Positions 48,402 to 57,117 of a stretch of DNA of 64,000 nucleotides are shown piece by piece. The notes beneath the pieces are model-generated. The model searched no databases and was not told the origin of the DNA. It saw only the letters and a program-made list of their open reading frames with translations. The stretch is from the NCBI GenBank assembly GCA_964465535.1, contig CAYXID010000001.1:276-64275 (forward strand). The letters run 5' to 3'. The position numbers were made by a program, and so were the translations under genes. This DNA comes from an uncultured Ruminococcus sp. (lineage in GTDB: Bacteria > Bacillota > Clostridia > Oscillospirales > Acutalibacteraceae). The first letter of the stretch is position 1. The number at the start of each line of letters is the position of its first letter.

Positions 48402-48723
48402 TATGTACTTTGATTTTTTTGTTTTTCTTTATAGAATTATCAATTACGAATTTTGTGCCGCGTGACTTACCATCCCAAAAAGCAATGACCTCATCGGCAT
48501 AATCAATTATTTCTAAATTGCGTTTAAGAGGTGCCGCTCTACCGTATTTTTCATATTCTGGTAAAAATTCAGTTAGTTTTATTCCCTTTGAGTTAGCAAA
48601 ATTTTTAGCCATTGTATCAACTCCCTTGGCACCTCCCGAAACAATTTCGCTGACATTATCAGGAATATACTTTTCTAAATCTATTTCTTTTAAACCTCTT
48701 GAACCTATTATTGCTATTTTCAT
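48394..48723 (-). CDS. SLOG-superfamily small protein (DUF2493-like)
   Basis: 109 aa. IAIIGSRG...SGGAKGVD...FWDGKSRGT Rossmann-like motifs are typical of the DprA/LOG-like SLOG fold. RBS AAAGGAGGAAG. The 3' end overlaps trmO by 8 nt (convergent). Confidence 0.6.
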   Translation of the reverse strand: MKIAIIGSRGLKEIDLEKYIPDNVSEIVSGGAKGVDTMAKNFANSKGIKLTEFLPEYEKYGRAAPLKRNLEIIDYADEVIAFWDGKSRGTKFVIDNSIKKNKKIKVHII

Positions 48724-48846
48724 ACAACTTCCTCCTTTGAATTAATGCGTCACTTTTACACTATAATACCACCATTTTCGTTTTGACGCAATATTTCCAC
48801 TATAATTTAGTCATAATAATGTTAAATTTGTGTGGAGGATTTTATT

Positions 48847-49026
48847 ATGGATGAAAAACTTTTACGCTATACTTTACGAGTTGACCGCCTGATTTTTAAA
48901 AAATTCCGCTACATTGCTGAATCCGAAGGACGCTCAGCAAACAAAGAAATTGAGCAATTTCTCAAAAAGAGGGTTGCAGAGTTTGAAAAAGAAAACGGAA
49001 AAATCGAAGTTACTTTAGAAGATTAA
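48847..49026 (+). CDS. Small ribbon-helix-helix (Arc/CopG-like) DNA-binding protein
   Basis: 59 aa from ATG 48847, with RBS GGAGGA 7 nt upstream. A beta-strand (RYTLRVD) followed by two short helices (FKKFRYIAESEGRSANKEIEQFLKKRV). Confidence 0.55.
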   Translation: MDEKLLRYTLRVDRLIFKKFRYIAESEGRSANKEIEQFLKKRVAEFEKENGKIEVTLED

Positions 49027-49035
49027 CAAATTTTT

Positions 49036-49067
49036 AAGGCACTGTCTTTTTTGACAGTGCCTTTTTT
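49036..49067 (+). terminator. Intrinsic terminator
   Basis: AAGGCACTGTC (49036-49046) pairs with GACAGTGCCTT (49053-49063), followed by TTTT. Confidence 0.8.
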
Positions 49068-49094
49068 ACACTCTACGATGTATATTAATTAATT

Positions 49095-49160
49095 TTTTGT
49101 AGGGTTGATTCACGAATCAACCGCATTTTTACGGGCAATTCGTGAATTGCCCCTACAAAA
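49095..49160. repeat. REP-like double palindrome (two inverted ~27 nt units)
   Basis: Outer stem TTTTGTAG (49095-49102) with CTACAAAA (49153-49160). It encloses GGTTGATTC-ac-GAATCAACC (49103-49122) and GGGCAATTC-gt-GAATTGCCC (49133-49152). Confidence 0.65.
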
Positions 49161-49265
49161 CCCATATATATTCAGGGCACCGCCCTCTACTGTTTATCTT
49201 TTTTCATCTAAAATAACAAAAAAATACCGCATATTACAAAAAGAAAGATTTAACTGCCTCGGTGT

Positions 49266-49298
49266 TTGACAAAAAAATTATGCTCTATGAGATATAAT
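49266..49298 (+). promoter_or_regulatory. Candidate spoIIE promoter with a 21 nt spacer (TTGACA-21-TATAAT)
   Basis: TTGACA at 49266-49271 and TATAAT at 49293-49298, 31 nt upstream of the spoIIE ATG. Confidence 0.5.
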
Positions 49299-49329
49299 TA
49301 CAATGAATAAAAAACGGCGGTGACAAAAA

Positions 49330-51639
49330 ATGAAGGAATTTATAAAGGGCAATAATCTTTCAAAAAGTATACGGGGAAATGAAATAAGTTTTGCGGTTAT
49401 TTCTCATATAGGCGTTAGTCTTTTAACCTTTATCGCATCTCGCGCGGTAATTTTGAACACCTTTACCCCATTCGGTATTTCTTTTTTAGCGGGGGCACCA
49501 ACCGTTTACACTGCGGCGGCGGCAATAGGCAGCTTTATAAGTTATTTTCTGCCCGCTATTGAGGGCGGTGCTTTCAGGTACATAGCCTCTATCTTTGCGG
49601 TAATATCCATAAAGCTTCTGATTTCGGGATATAAAAAGATAATTCAAAACCCGATTTTTTTAAGTGCTTTATCTTTTTTAGTAAACATTATAACTTCACT
49701 TATAAGTATGGGGTCTGATACCTACGATTTGCCCCTTAAAATTTCCGAAGCCCTGATATCTGCAGGCGGTACATTTTTTATTGCAAAGGCATTCAGAGCC
49801 CTTGCCGACTACAAAGCAGGACTAAATCACGAAGAGCTAGTATCCTTTATAACAGTTATTTGCATTTTGCTTATGGGGTTTGCAGATGTCGGCCGCGGCG
49901 GCATTATGCTATCCCACATACTGAGCGTTATTCTTATCTTGGTATCGGCGAAATTCGGCAAGATTTTAGGAGGGTCGGTAAGCGGTATTGCCGTTGCATT
50001 TTCTTTTTTGCTCTGCGGAAACTATAACGAATTTACCCTTTGCTATGCAATAGGCGGACTAATAGCAGGTGTCTTTTCGTCCTTTGGAAAATACGCACAG
50101 GTGCTATCGATTATCTTTTCCTGTTTTATAGGCGTTAGTGCTATAGGCTTCAATATAAGCGGAATTTCACTAATCATTGAGGCGGCTCTAGGCGGCGCTA
50201 TCTTTTTAAGCTTGCCAAAAAGCGCCAACATTTATATAGCAAGACTTTTTTCAGCAGGGCCAAAGTTTTTAAACAACAAACCGCTTAAAAATTCTATTAT
50301 TTTAAGACTTAATACTGCATCTAGTGCATTACTTGATGTAAGCCAAACGGTAGAACAGGTATCCCGTGAACTTTCTAAAATAAACACCCCCGACTACAAC
50401 ACCCTAATCACCAAGGTTGAAAATGAAACCTGTAAGGGCTGCAATCTTCGGGTTCACTGTTGGGAAAAGCGACGGGATAGCACTGTAGATGCCATTTTCG
50501 AAATGACCAAGGCTGTAAAAACGGGCGAAACCTCACCCGAAAGCTTTACAAACACCGAATTTAAAGAGCGTTGCCACCGCCTTAACAAAATCGGAAGCTC
50601 TGTTACAAAGCATTACTCTAATTATGCCTCTAAAATAGCGGCAGAGCGACGAATAGAAGAGGTGCGAGGTGTAGTAACCGACCAATTCGAAGGCATTTCC
50701 AAAATGCTAAGCGATTTAGCCGCCGACTTTAAACTAGACCAAAAATTCGATGCAAATCTTGCCGCCACCGCCACTTCGGCGCTTAAAAACTTGAATTTAA
50801 TTGCAAGCGAGTCTTCTGCTATAACCGATAAATTCGGTAGGACAAGCCTTGAATTTAAAATCGAAAAAAAGGATGATACCAAAATCAACAAAATGCAGAT
50901 TATGAAGCTATTATCGGTTATATGCGAGCGCGATTTTGATGTTCCGATTGTAAGCGAGGTTGGGAATTTTTATGTTGTAAGACTTTTTGAGAGAGCCGTT
51001 TTTGATGTAGATTTAGGGGTCTGTCAGATTTGTGCAGAGGGCTCTTCAATGTGCGGCGACGCCTACAATTCTTTCAACGACGGCAGAGGTCATTTTATAA
51101 TAATTCTTAGTGACGGTATGGGTACGGGCGGCAGAGCCGCAGTTGACGGCGCAATGGCGTCAGGTCTTATGATGCGGCTATTAAAGGCGGGCTTCGGTTA
51201 CGACTGCTCACTTAAAATACTTAATTCCTCTATGCTTTTTAAGTCCACCGACGAATCCTTAGCCACCCTTGATATAATAAGCATTGACCTTTTTACAGGG
51301 GCAGTAGAATTATACAAAGCAGGGGCAGCCCCCACACTTATCCGACGAAGTGGAAGAGTAGGCAAAGCCGAAAGCAAATCCCTGCCCGCAGGAATTTTAC
51401 GGGACATAGGTTTTGATTATGCAAAAATACGGGTTAAAAACGGCGATGTTCTCGTAATGCTCTCGGACGGCGCTGTAAGTGACGGCACTGATTGGATTAG
51501 AACAGAGCTTGAAACTGCAAAGGATATAAGCGCATCATCCCTTGCAGAGCGTATTTGCAACCGAGCCGAGCGTTTACGGCAAGACCAACACCGCGACGAT
51601 ATAACCGTAATCACCGCCTGTATAGAAAAACATTTTTAA
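49330..51639 (+). CDS. spoIIE: Stage II sporulation protein E (membrane PP2C phosphatase)
   Basis: About 10 N-terminal TM segments, a central regulatory region, and a C-terminal PP2C domain (CGDAYNSFNDGRGHFIIILSDGMGTGGRAA; MLSDG). Confidence 0.9.
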   Translation: MKEFIKGNNLSKSIRGNEISFAVISHIGVSLLTFIASRAVILNTFTPFGISFLAGAPTVYTAAAAIGSFISYFLPAIEGGAFRYIASIFAVISIKLLISGYKKIIQNPIFLSALSFLVNIITSLISMGSDTYDLPLKISEALISAGGTFFIAKAFRALADYKAGLNHEELVSFITVICILLMGFADVGRGGIMLSHILSVILILVSAKFGKILGGSVSGIAVAFSFLLCGNYNEFTLCYAIGGLIAGVFSSFGKYAQVLSIIFSCFIGVSAIGFNISGISLIIEAALGGAIFLSLPKSANIYIARLFSAGPKFLNNKPLKNSIILRLNTASSALLDVSQTVEQVSRELSKINTPDYNTLITKVENETCKGCNLRVHCWEKRRDSTVDAIFEMTKAVKTGETSPESFTNTEFKERCHRLNKIGSSVTKHYSNYASKIAAERRIEEVRGVVTDQFEGISKMLSDLAADFKLDQKFDANLAATATSALKNLNLIASESSAITDKFGRTSLEFKIEKKDDTKINKMQIMKLLSVICERDFDVPIVSEVGNFYVVRLFERAVFDVDLGVCQICAEGSSMCGDAYNSFNDGRGHFIIILSDGMGTGGRAAVDGAMASGLMMRLLKAGFGYDCSLKILNSSMLFKSTDESLATLDIISIDLFTGAVELYKAGAAPTLIRRSGRVGKAESKSLPAGILRDIGFDYAKIRVKNGDVLVMLSDGAVSDGTDWIRTELETAKDISASSLAERICNRAERLRQDQHRDDITVITACIEKHF

Positions 51640-51656
51640 CCGAATAATATAACAAA

Positions 51657-51693
51657 AACGCCTAAAAGGTAATTACCCTTTAGGCGTTTTTTT
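51657..51693. terminator. Bidirectional intrinsic terminator between spoIIE and the sortase gene
   Basis: AACGCCTAAA.GG pairs with CCTTTAGGCGTT (51657-51688), followed by TTTTT. Confidence 0.8.
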
Positions 51694-52453
51694 ACTGTGT
51701 ATATACCTCATCCTGTAAAACTGCTACCACAAGATATCTTTCTTCATCTTTAGCAGTACAGGTACTGAGTGTTATTATTCTGTCCTCTGCTGTAACCTTT
51801 ACATCTTTATTTATATGCTTAACGCTTGATTTGGGGTTATAGGTCATATCTATAAATTCCTGATACCCCTTATCATTGCCAAAATCAAAGTCACTGAAAA
51901 GATGCTTATCGGTATAAACAAATGCCGAATAGACCTTATAGGTTAACATTCGTCCCGGAATATAAACTCTAATCTCATCATGTTCGTCAAAATATTTGCG
52001 GTCACGGTATTTCTTTAATGTACCGAACATCGTGCCGTTCAACATATTGTGACCGTAAATTACAGTGTTGCGGTCTGAAAAGTTTGAGAAATTAACCGTC
52101 TGCACAAAAATCGAACCTGCGGTTTTTTTCTTTTTATACATATCCCTGTCTATATAGTAGTCCTTACCGTCTTTATCGGTATCGCTATAAAGAATGGGAT
52201 AATCAATTACTGTATCGGGTATTTCAATCCAACCGATTATATCTTCGTTTTCCGACTTTAGTTTTGGAAAATCTATTTTGTTTATCGGATATTCAACCTT
52301 TGATATAAGGGAGGGTTTTGAACTTTCGGCAGGGTCGTTTTTATAATCGTCAAAATCCTTCTTTTCGGGGGTCAGATTTGCAATTATAAATCCTGCAGAG
52401 ATTAAAAATATCGCACCTAAAATCAGTGCTATTGCCTTTACGCCTTTTTTCAT
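51692..52453 (-). CDS. srtB: Class B sortase
   Basis: N-terminal TM, IYGHNM..GTMFG motif, catalytic TLSTC, and a downstream RYLV Arg. Confidence 0.85.
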   Translation of the reverse strand: MKKGVKAIALILGAIFLISAGFIIANLTPEKKDFDDYKNDPAESSKPSLISKVEYPINKIDFPKLKSENEDIIGWIEIPDTVIDYPILYSDTDKDGKDYYIDRDMYKKKKTAGSIFVQTVNFSNFSDRNTVIYGHNMLNGTMFGTLKKYRDRKYFDEHDEIRVYIPGRMLTYKVYSAFVYTDKHLFSDFDFGNDKGYQEFIDMTYNPKSSVKHINKDVKVTAEDRIITLSTCTAKDEERYLVVAVLQDEVYTQ

Positions 52454-52471
52454 AAATATAAAAATTTCCTT

Positions 52472-53101
52472 TTACAATATATTATCGAGTGAGGTAGAAA
52501 AAACAATTAAAAGTGAGCCTTCTTCAACAGACACGCAAGCCTCTTCACCTTTAAAGGAATTACTAACCCCTAAAGGATAACTGTTTTCGAGCACCGCATC
52601 AGAAAGCTCATAATAAAGCCCTTTGATATTTACACCTTTCGATTGTTCGCTAAGCGAAAAAACCGAAACATTACCGCTAGCCCTCTTAGAAAAGGTAATA
52701 CTTTTATTTTTTATAACGGTAAAAATTTCCTTTTCGGAAACGAGGAAGCCCTCTACATTATTTTTAGCTATATAACTTAATGCCTGTAAATTAGCTATAG
52801 TATGGTCAGTTCTGCCACCGGTACCGCCATATATAAATATATGCTCAGCACCATTTTCTATCGCATACTTTATTGCGGCAAGTGTATCGGTATCGTCCTT
52901 TTCTATTGGCAACTCTAAAACATCTGCACCCTCAGGCTTATACCCCAAGGAATCAAAATCGCCAAGTATTAAATCTGGCTTTATATTGTTTTTTATAAGT
53001 ACTTCAAGTCCGCCGTCTGCCGCTATTAAAAAATCTTCTGCACCTAAGTTATGGGGCAGTAGCGAAATTTCACCCGCGGCTACTATATAACACTTTTTCA
53101 T
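52472..53101 (-). CDS. thiN: Thiamine diphosphokinase
   Basis: GDFDSLG, KDDTD and GGTGGRTDH motifs. Confidence 0.85.
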   Translation of the reverse strand: MKKCYIVAAGEISLLPHNLGAEDFLIAADGGLEVLIKNNIKPDLILGDFDSLGYKPEGADVLELPIEKDDTDTLAAIKYAIENGAEHIFIYGGTGGRTDHTIANLQALSYIAKNNVEGFLVSEKEIFTVIKNKSITFSKRASGNVSVFSLSEQSKGVNIKGLYYELSDAVLENSYPLGVSNSFKGEEACVSVEEGSLLIVFSTSLDNIL

Positions 53102-54081
53102 TATATTCTTCTGAGTATTCGGTCAAAATCGTTTATTGCCGAACGGTATTCCCTTTCCATCTGTTGTTTTTTAGAGGCAAGTGAATAATCAGAACAGATT
53201 ATATCAAAAATCTCAGCCTTAAGAAGCTCTGTACGCTCGAAAATTTCAGACTTTGCGGCATTTGCTATTTCATCATCCTCTGTATCAATGCGGGCAGAGT
53301 ATTCAGCCGAAGATATAACAGTTTTACCGATAATAACAGCACCGTAATCTTTTAGTTCCTGCTCTTGTAATTTTTCTTCTGTCATATTTTCCATCTGCTC
53401 TACCGCCTCTAAAACTTTAGATGTTTCTTCGGCTTTCTCCTTTTTATTAAGCTCTGAAATTTCATTATTTAAAAGCTCAATCTCGTTTTTACGCTCTTCT
53501 AAGCTCTTTTTAAGGGCTTTATTTTCTTCAAATTCTTCCCTGAAATCTGAAAGTAGGTCTTTATATTCCGAAAAAAGTTCACTCTTTTTCATATTAACCC
53601 TCGCCCTCTTTTTTCTTTTCCGATACAACGCGACAATTAAAGTAAGCATCAAAACCGCAAGGCAGATACCCGCAAAATCTATCAGCCAATCCCTGATTTC
53701 ACAGCTTCTACCCACAACAAAGCGTTGATGATATTCGTCACTTGCGGCATAAAAGCAAGAAAAGCCTATCGAAAACAGAGCCATTTTTGAAAGACTAAAA
53801 GCTTCAAAAAAGCTAAAGTTTAAGAAGGATATAGCACCTAGTCCCCCAAAGAGAACAAAGTGGGCGGCTTTTCTTATGTAAAAGGAGAAAAAGCTCAATA
53901 TTTGCTGTTGCTCGGCCTTCGTGATATCCTGAAATTCGGGATAAAGAACAGATATCAAATTATAGAGAAAACCGCCGCTTGTCTTAGCAGATTCAGCAGC
54001 GGTTTGTGCCGACAGAAAAAATATTAAACCCATCCAAAGTAAAAGCCATAAAAATGCAAATACTCTAAACGATTTTTTCAT
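53101..54081 (-). CDS. VanZ family membrane protein with a C-terminal coiled-coil extension
   Basis: The N-terminal ~150 aa has 4 TM segments and HFVLFG and DEYHQ.FV.GR motifs (VanZ-like). The C-terminal half is E/K-rich heptad-like sequence. Confidence 0.75.
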   Translation of the reverse strand: MKKSFRVFAFLWLLLWMGLIFFLSAQTAAESAKTSGGFLYNLISVLYPEFQDITKAEQQQILSFFSFYIRKAAHFVLFGGLGAISFLNFSFFEAFSLSKMALFSIGFSCFYAASDEYHQRFVVGRSCEIRDWLIDFAGICLAVLMLTLIVALYRKRKKRARVNMKKSELFSEYKDLLSDFREEFEENKALKKSLEERKNEIELLNNEISELNKKEKAEETSKVLEAVEQMENMTEEKLQEQELKDYGAVIIGKTVISSAEYSARIDTEDDEIANAAKSEIFERTELLKAEIFDIICSDYSLASKKQQMEREYRSAINDFDRILRRI

Positions 54082-54087
54082 AGGCTA

Positions 54088-55317
54088 TCAATAAAAATAT
54101 CCGTATGGATTTACCCAACCGAAGTCCTGTTTCGAACCGGCAGGTCTCCTACTTAAGCCGAAATGTAAATGGTAGCCTGTAGAGTCACCCGTTGTGCCGA
54201 CATAGCCTATAACCTGACCCTGTTTTACCTTTTTACCTATATACATTCCGCTAGCTACAGTATTCATATGAGCATACATTGCTCTATACTCATATTTACC
54301 GACTTGTCCGTGTTCAAGGCCTATGTGGTTACCCCATCCGCTACCGCATCTGCAACGAGAACCTCTGTCTTTATGGGGACAGCTTGTATGCATTCTGTAA
54401 ACTACACCGTCGGTAATAGCAACTATGGGTTTACCGAAAATAGAACCTGTTGAGATATCAAGTCCGTAATGGAAGGAGCCCCAACGCTCGCCCCAACCTG
54501 ATGTTATATTATAATGTCCCGGTACGGGCCACATAAAGCCTGTCTTTGAATTTATAAATGAGCCGCCAACGCTTGAAGAAGGCTTATTAAAGCTATCAAG
54601 ATATTCCTGCTTTTCTTTAATGTCCGCCTGTATTTGTGCTTTATCGCTTTCGGCGCTAGATTGCTCTTTTTTAATATCGTTATAAATCTTTTCTGCTAAA
54701 TTTTCGTCTTCTATAAGTACCTTTTGAGCGTCTTCAATAGTAGCTCTTATAGCGACCTGCTCTTCGATAAGTTTTTCGTTTTCTTTATTCTTTTCTTCGA
54801 GCAGCTTTACAGCCTCCGATATTTTCTTCATTATTGCCTTATCGTGTGCAGAAACAGTAGCTGTCATTTGAGTAAGCTGCAAAAATTGCGCAAAATCCTC
54901 AGCGCCTAATAAAATCTTTACAGCACTATCGGAATTGCTCATATAAATAGCGCGAAGTCTCTTTTGAAATTCGAGCTTTGTTGCGGCTATTTCTTCATTC
55001 TTTTTAGCAATTTCCGCCTTATTTTTAGTGATTTTTGAATTTATAGAGCTTATAGAATTGTTACAGGTCATAATCTGTGCCTGAGTATTAGCGATTTTTC
55101 TGTTTATAGCATCAAGAATTGACTTCTGATTTGCTTTTTTATTCTGTAAGTTCTTGATTTCCTTATCAAGTGCTGCTGCTTGCTGCTTTAACTTATTAAT
55201 TTCAGATTGTACTTCACTCTTAGTAGGAGCGGCACTTATCGGGAAACTGCTGAAAGCCGTAGCAAACAACACTATACATAAAACAAGTGAAATTGACCTT
55301 TTTAGAAAATTAGTCAT
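54088..55317 (-). CDS. M23 family peptidase with an N-terminal coiled coil (EnvC/PcsB-like partner of FtsEX)
   Basis: Signal/TM segment and a long coiled coil. The M23 domain has both catalytic motifs, HYGLD (HxxxD) and GYHLHF (HxH). Confidence 0.88.
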   Translation of the reverse strand: MTNFLKRSISLVLCIVLFATAFSSFPISAAPTKSEVQSEINKLKQQAAALDKEIKNLQNKKANQKSILDAINRKIANTQAQIMTCNNSISSINSKITKNKAEIAKKNEEIAATKLEFQKRLRAIYMSNSDSAVKILLGAEDFAQFLQLTQMTATVSAHDKAIMKKISEAVKLLEEKNKENEKLIEEQVAIRATIEDAQKVLIEDENLAEKIYNDIKKEQSSAESDKAQIQADIKEKQEYLDSFNKPSSSVGGSFINSKTGFMWPVPGHYNITSGWGERWGSFHYGLDISTGSIFGKPIVAITDGVVYRMHTSCPHKDRGSRCRCGSGWGNHIGLEHGQVGKYEYRAMYAHMNTVASGMYIGKKVKQGQVIGYVGTTGDSTGYHLHFGLSRRPAGSKQDFGWVNPYGYFY

Positions 55318-55334
55318 AAAAATCTCCGTTCGGT

Positions 55335-56387
55335 TTAAATTGCAGCAAATTCGCTGCCTTCCTTACGCAAATATTTGCCTATCATAATAGCACTTCCAAG
55401 CGCACCTGCAAGTACACCGATAGCAAGGAAAATAATTAAAAGGATTACCGCCATATCGCCGTAACGAACTATGTCGGTTGTGCCGAGTGTGGAAACGATG
55501 GTTTCTGTGGCAACTCTGTAACAGAAGTAAAGAAGTCCCTCTGAAATAATTGCCGATATAACACCGATTAAAACACCCTCAACAACAAAGGGAATTCTTA
55601 TGAATGCATCGGTAGCACCTACTGCCTTCATAATACTGATTTCAAGCTTTCTATTGTACATTGTAACCCTGATTGTGTTGGAAACAATTACAAGAGAAAT
55701 AATTATAAGTATCGCAATAATCCAAAAGCCTGCAACTGTAACGCCCTTTTCGATTGACGAAATCTTTTCTGCCAAATCGCCGTGCGACTGAATAACATCA
55801 ACGCCGTCAAGCTTTCTTATAGCCTCAACAGTTTCGTTGAACTTTGTCATATCCTTCATTGTAACCTTTGCGGCTGCTGAAACGGGGTTGCCGAATTCAT
55901 CGTCAAGGAAAGAGAAGTACTGTTCCTGACCTTCAAGCATAGATTCCTTTATTGTTTCAAGACCTTCTTCGCTCGAAATATAAGTAACCGATGCTACATT
56001 AGGAAGCTTCTCTATTTTTTCGCAAAGAGCCTTTGCCTCTTCTTCGTTATGAATTACATAATCTGTGCTAAGTATTCCGTTTTTGTCGGGTTTTTCTTCA
56101 TTTTCTGTATTCTCGGTAGCAGTTGAAGTTTCAGAGGAGGATGCATCTGCATCGTCCGATTTTTCACCGTAAAGCGCCCAATTATAGTCCTTCATATAAA
56201 CCATAACAACATTCTGCTGCTCAAGGTTTCCGATTGCCTTGTTTACATTCTCGGAAATGAGAAGAGCCAAACCGATTATAACCATACAGGCAACCAAAAC
56301 ACCGATTGAAGCTAGGGTCATAAGACGGTTTGCCCAAGCATTCTTAAAGCCTTCACCTGTAAGGTATTTTACACTGCCAAGCTTCAT
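55335..56387 (-). CDS. ftsX: Cell division permease-like protein FtsX
   Basis: TM1, a large extracytoplasmic loop, and 3 C-terminal TM segments. 4 nt overlap with ftsE. Confidence 0.88.
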   Translation of the reverse strand: MKLGSVKYLTGEGFKNAWANRLMTLASIGVLVACMVIIGLALLISENVNKAIGNLEQQNVVMVYMKDYNWALYGEKSDDADASSSETSTATENTENEEKPDKNGILSTDYVIHNEEEAKALCEKIEKLPNVASVTYISSEEGLETIKESMLEGQEQYFSFLDDEFGNPVSAAAKVTMKDMTKFNETVEAIRKLDGVDVIQSHGDLAEKISSIEKGVTVAGFWIIAILIIISLVIVSNTIRVTMYNRKLEISIMKAVGATDAFIRIPFVVEGVLIGVISAIISEGLLYFCYRVATETIVSTLGTTDIVRYGDMAVILLIIFLAIGVLAGALGSAIMIGKYLRKEGSEFAAI

Positions 56388-57094
56388 AGAGCATCACCTC
56401 CGGCAGTATCGGCAACAATCTTGCCTGCATCGAGCATTATAACGCGGTGATTAAAATCTCTGACTAGGTTATGGTCGTGTGTAACCATAAGTATAGTAGT
56501 ACCGCGTTTATTGATTTCGGTTAAAAGATTTACTATTTCATAGGACATATTCGGGTCTACATTACCTGTAGGCTCGTCCGCAATAATAAGGCTTGGTGAA
56601 TTAACCAAGGCTCTCGCAAGACCCACACGCTGCTGCTCACCGCCTGAAAGCTGATTTGGCATAGAACGCGCCTTATCACCAAGACCAACCTTGCTGAGCG
56701 CCTTTGATACTTCACGCCTTATAATTCTGCCCGATGCACCTACAACATGCATTGCAAAGGCAACATTATCGAAAACATTCATATTTGGAATAAGTCTGAA
56801 ATCCTGAAAAACGATACCCATTGTTCTTCTGAGCATGGGTACATTTTTTCTCGGCATATTCATAAGGTTAAAGCCGTTTACATGGATTGAGCCTGTATTC
56901 GCCTTTTCCTCACGCATAATAAGCTTCATAAAGGTACTTTTACCGGCACCCGAAGAGCCTACTATGAAAACAAACTCACCGCTGTTGATTGTTATGTTTA
57001 CATCATTAAGAGCGTGAGTGCCTGACATATATGTCTTTGAAACACCTGTAAATTCAATTACAGGTGAAGAAGCATTCATTATTGCATCTGACAT
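56384..57094 (-). CDS. ftsE: Cell division ATP-binding protein FtsE
   Basis: Walker A GSSGAGKST, signature LSGGEQQR, Walker B LIIADEPTG. Confidence 0.92.
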   Translation of the reverse strand: MSDAIMNASSPVIEFTGVSKTYMSGTHALNDVNITINSGEFVFIVGSSGAGKSTFMKLIMREEKANTGSIHVNGFNLMNMPRKNVPMLRRTMGIVFQDFRLIPNMNVFDNVAFAMHVVGASGRIIRREVSKALSKVGLGDKARSMPNQLSGGEQQRVGLARALVNSPSLIIADEPTGNVDPNMSYEIVNLLTEINKRGTTILMVTHDHNLVRDFNHRVIMLDAGKIVADTAGGDAL

Positions 57095-57117
57095 TAAAGT
57101 TTTTCACTCTTTCGAAA

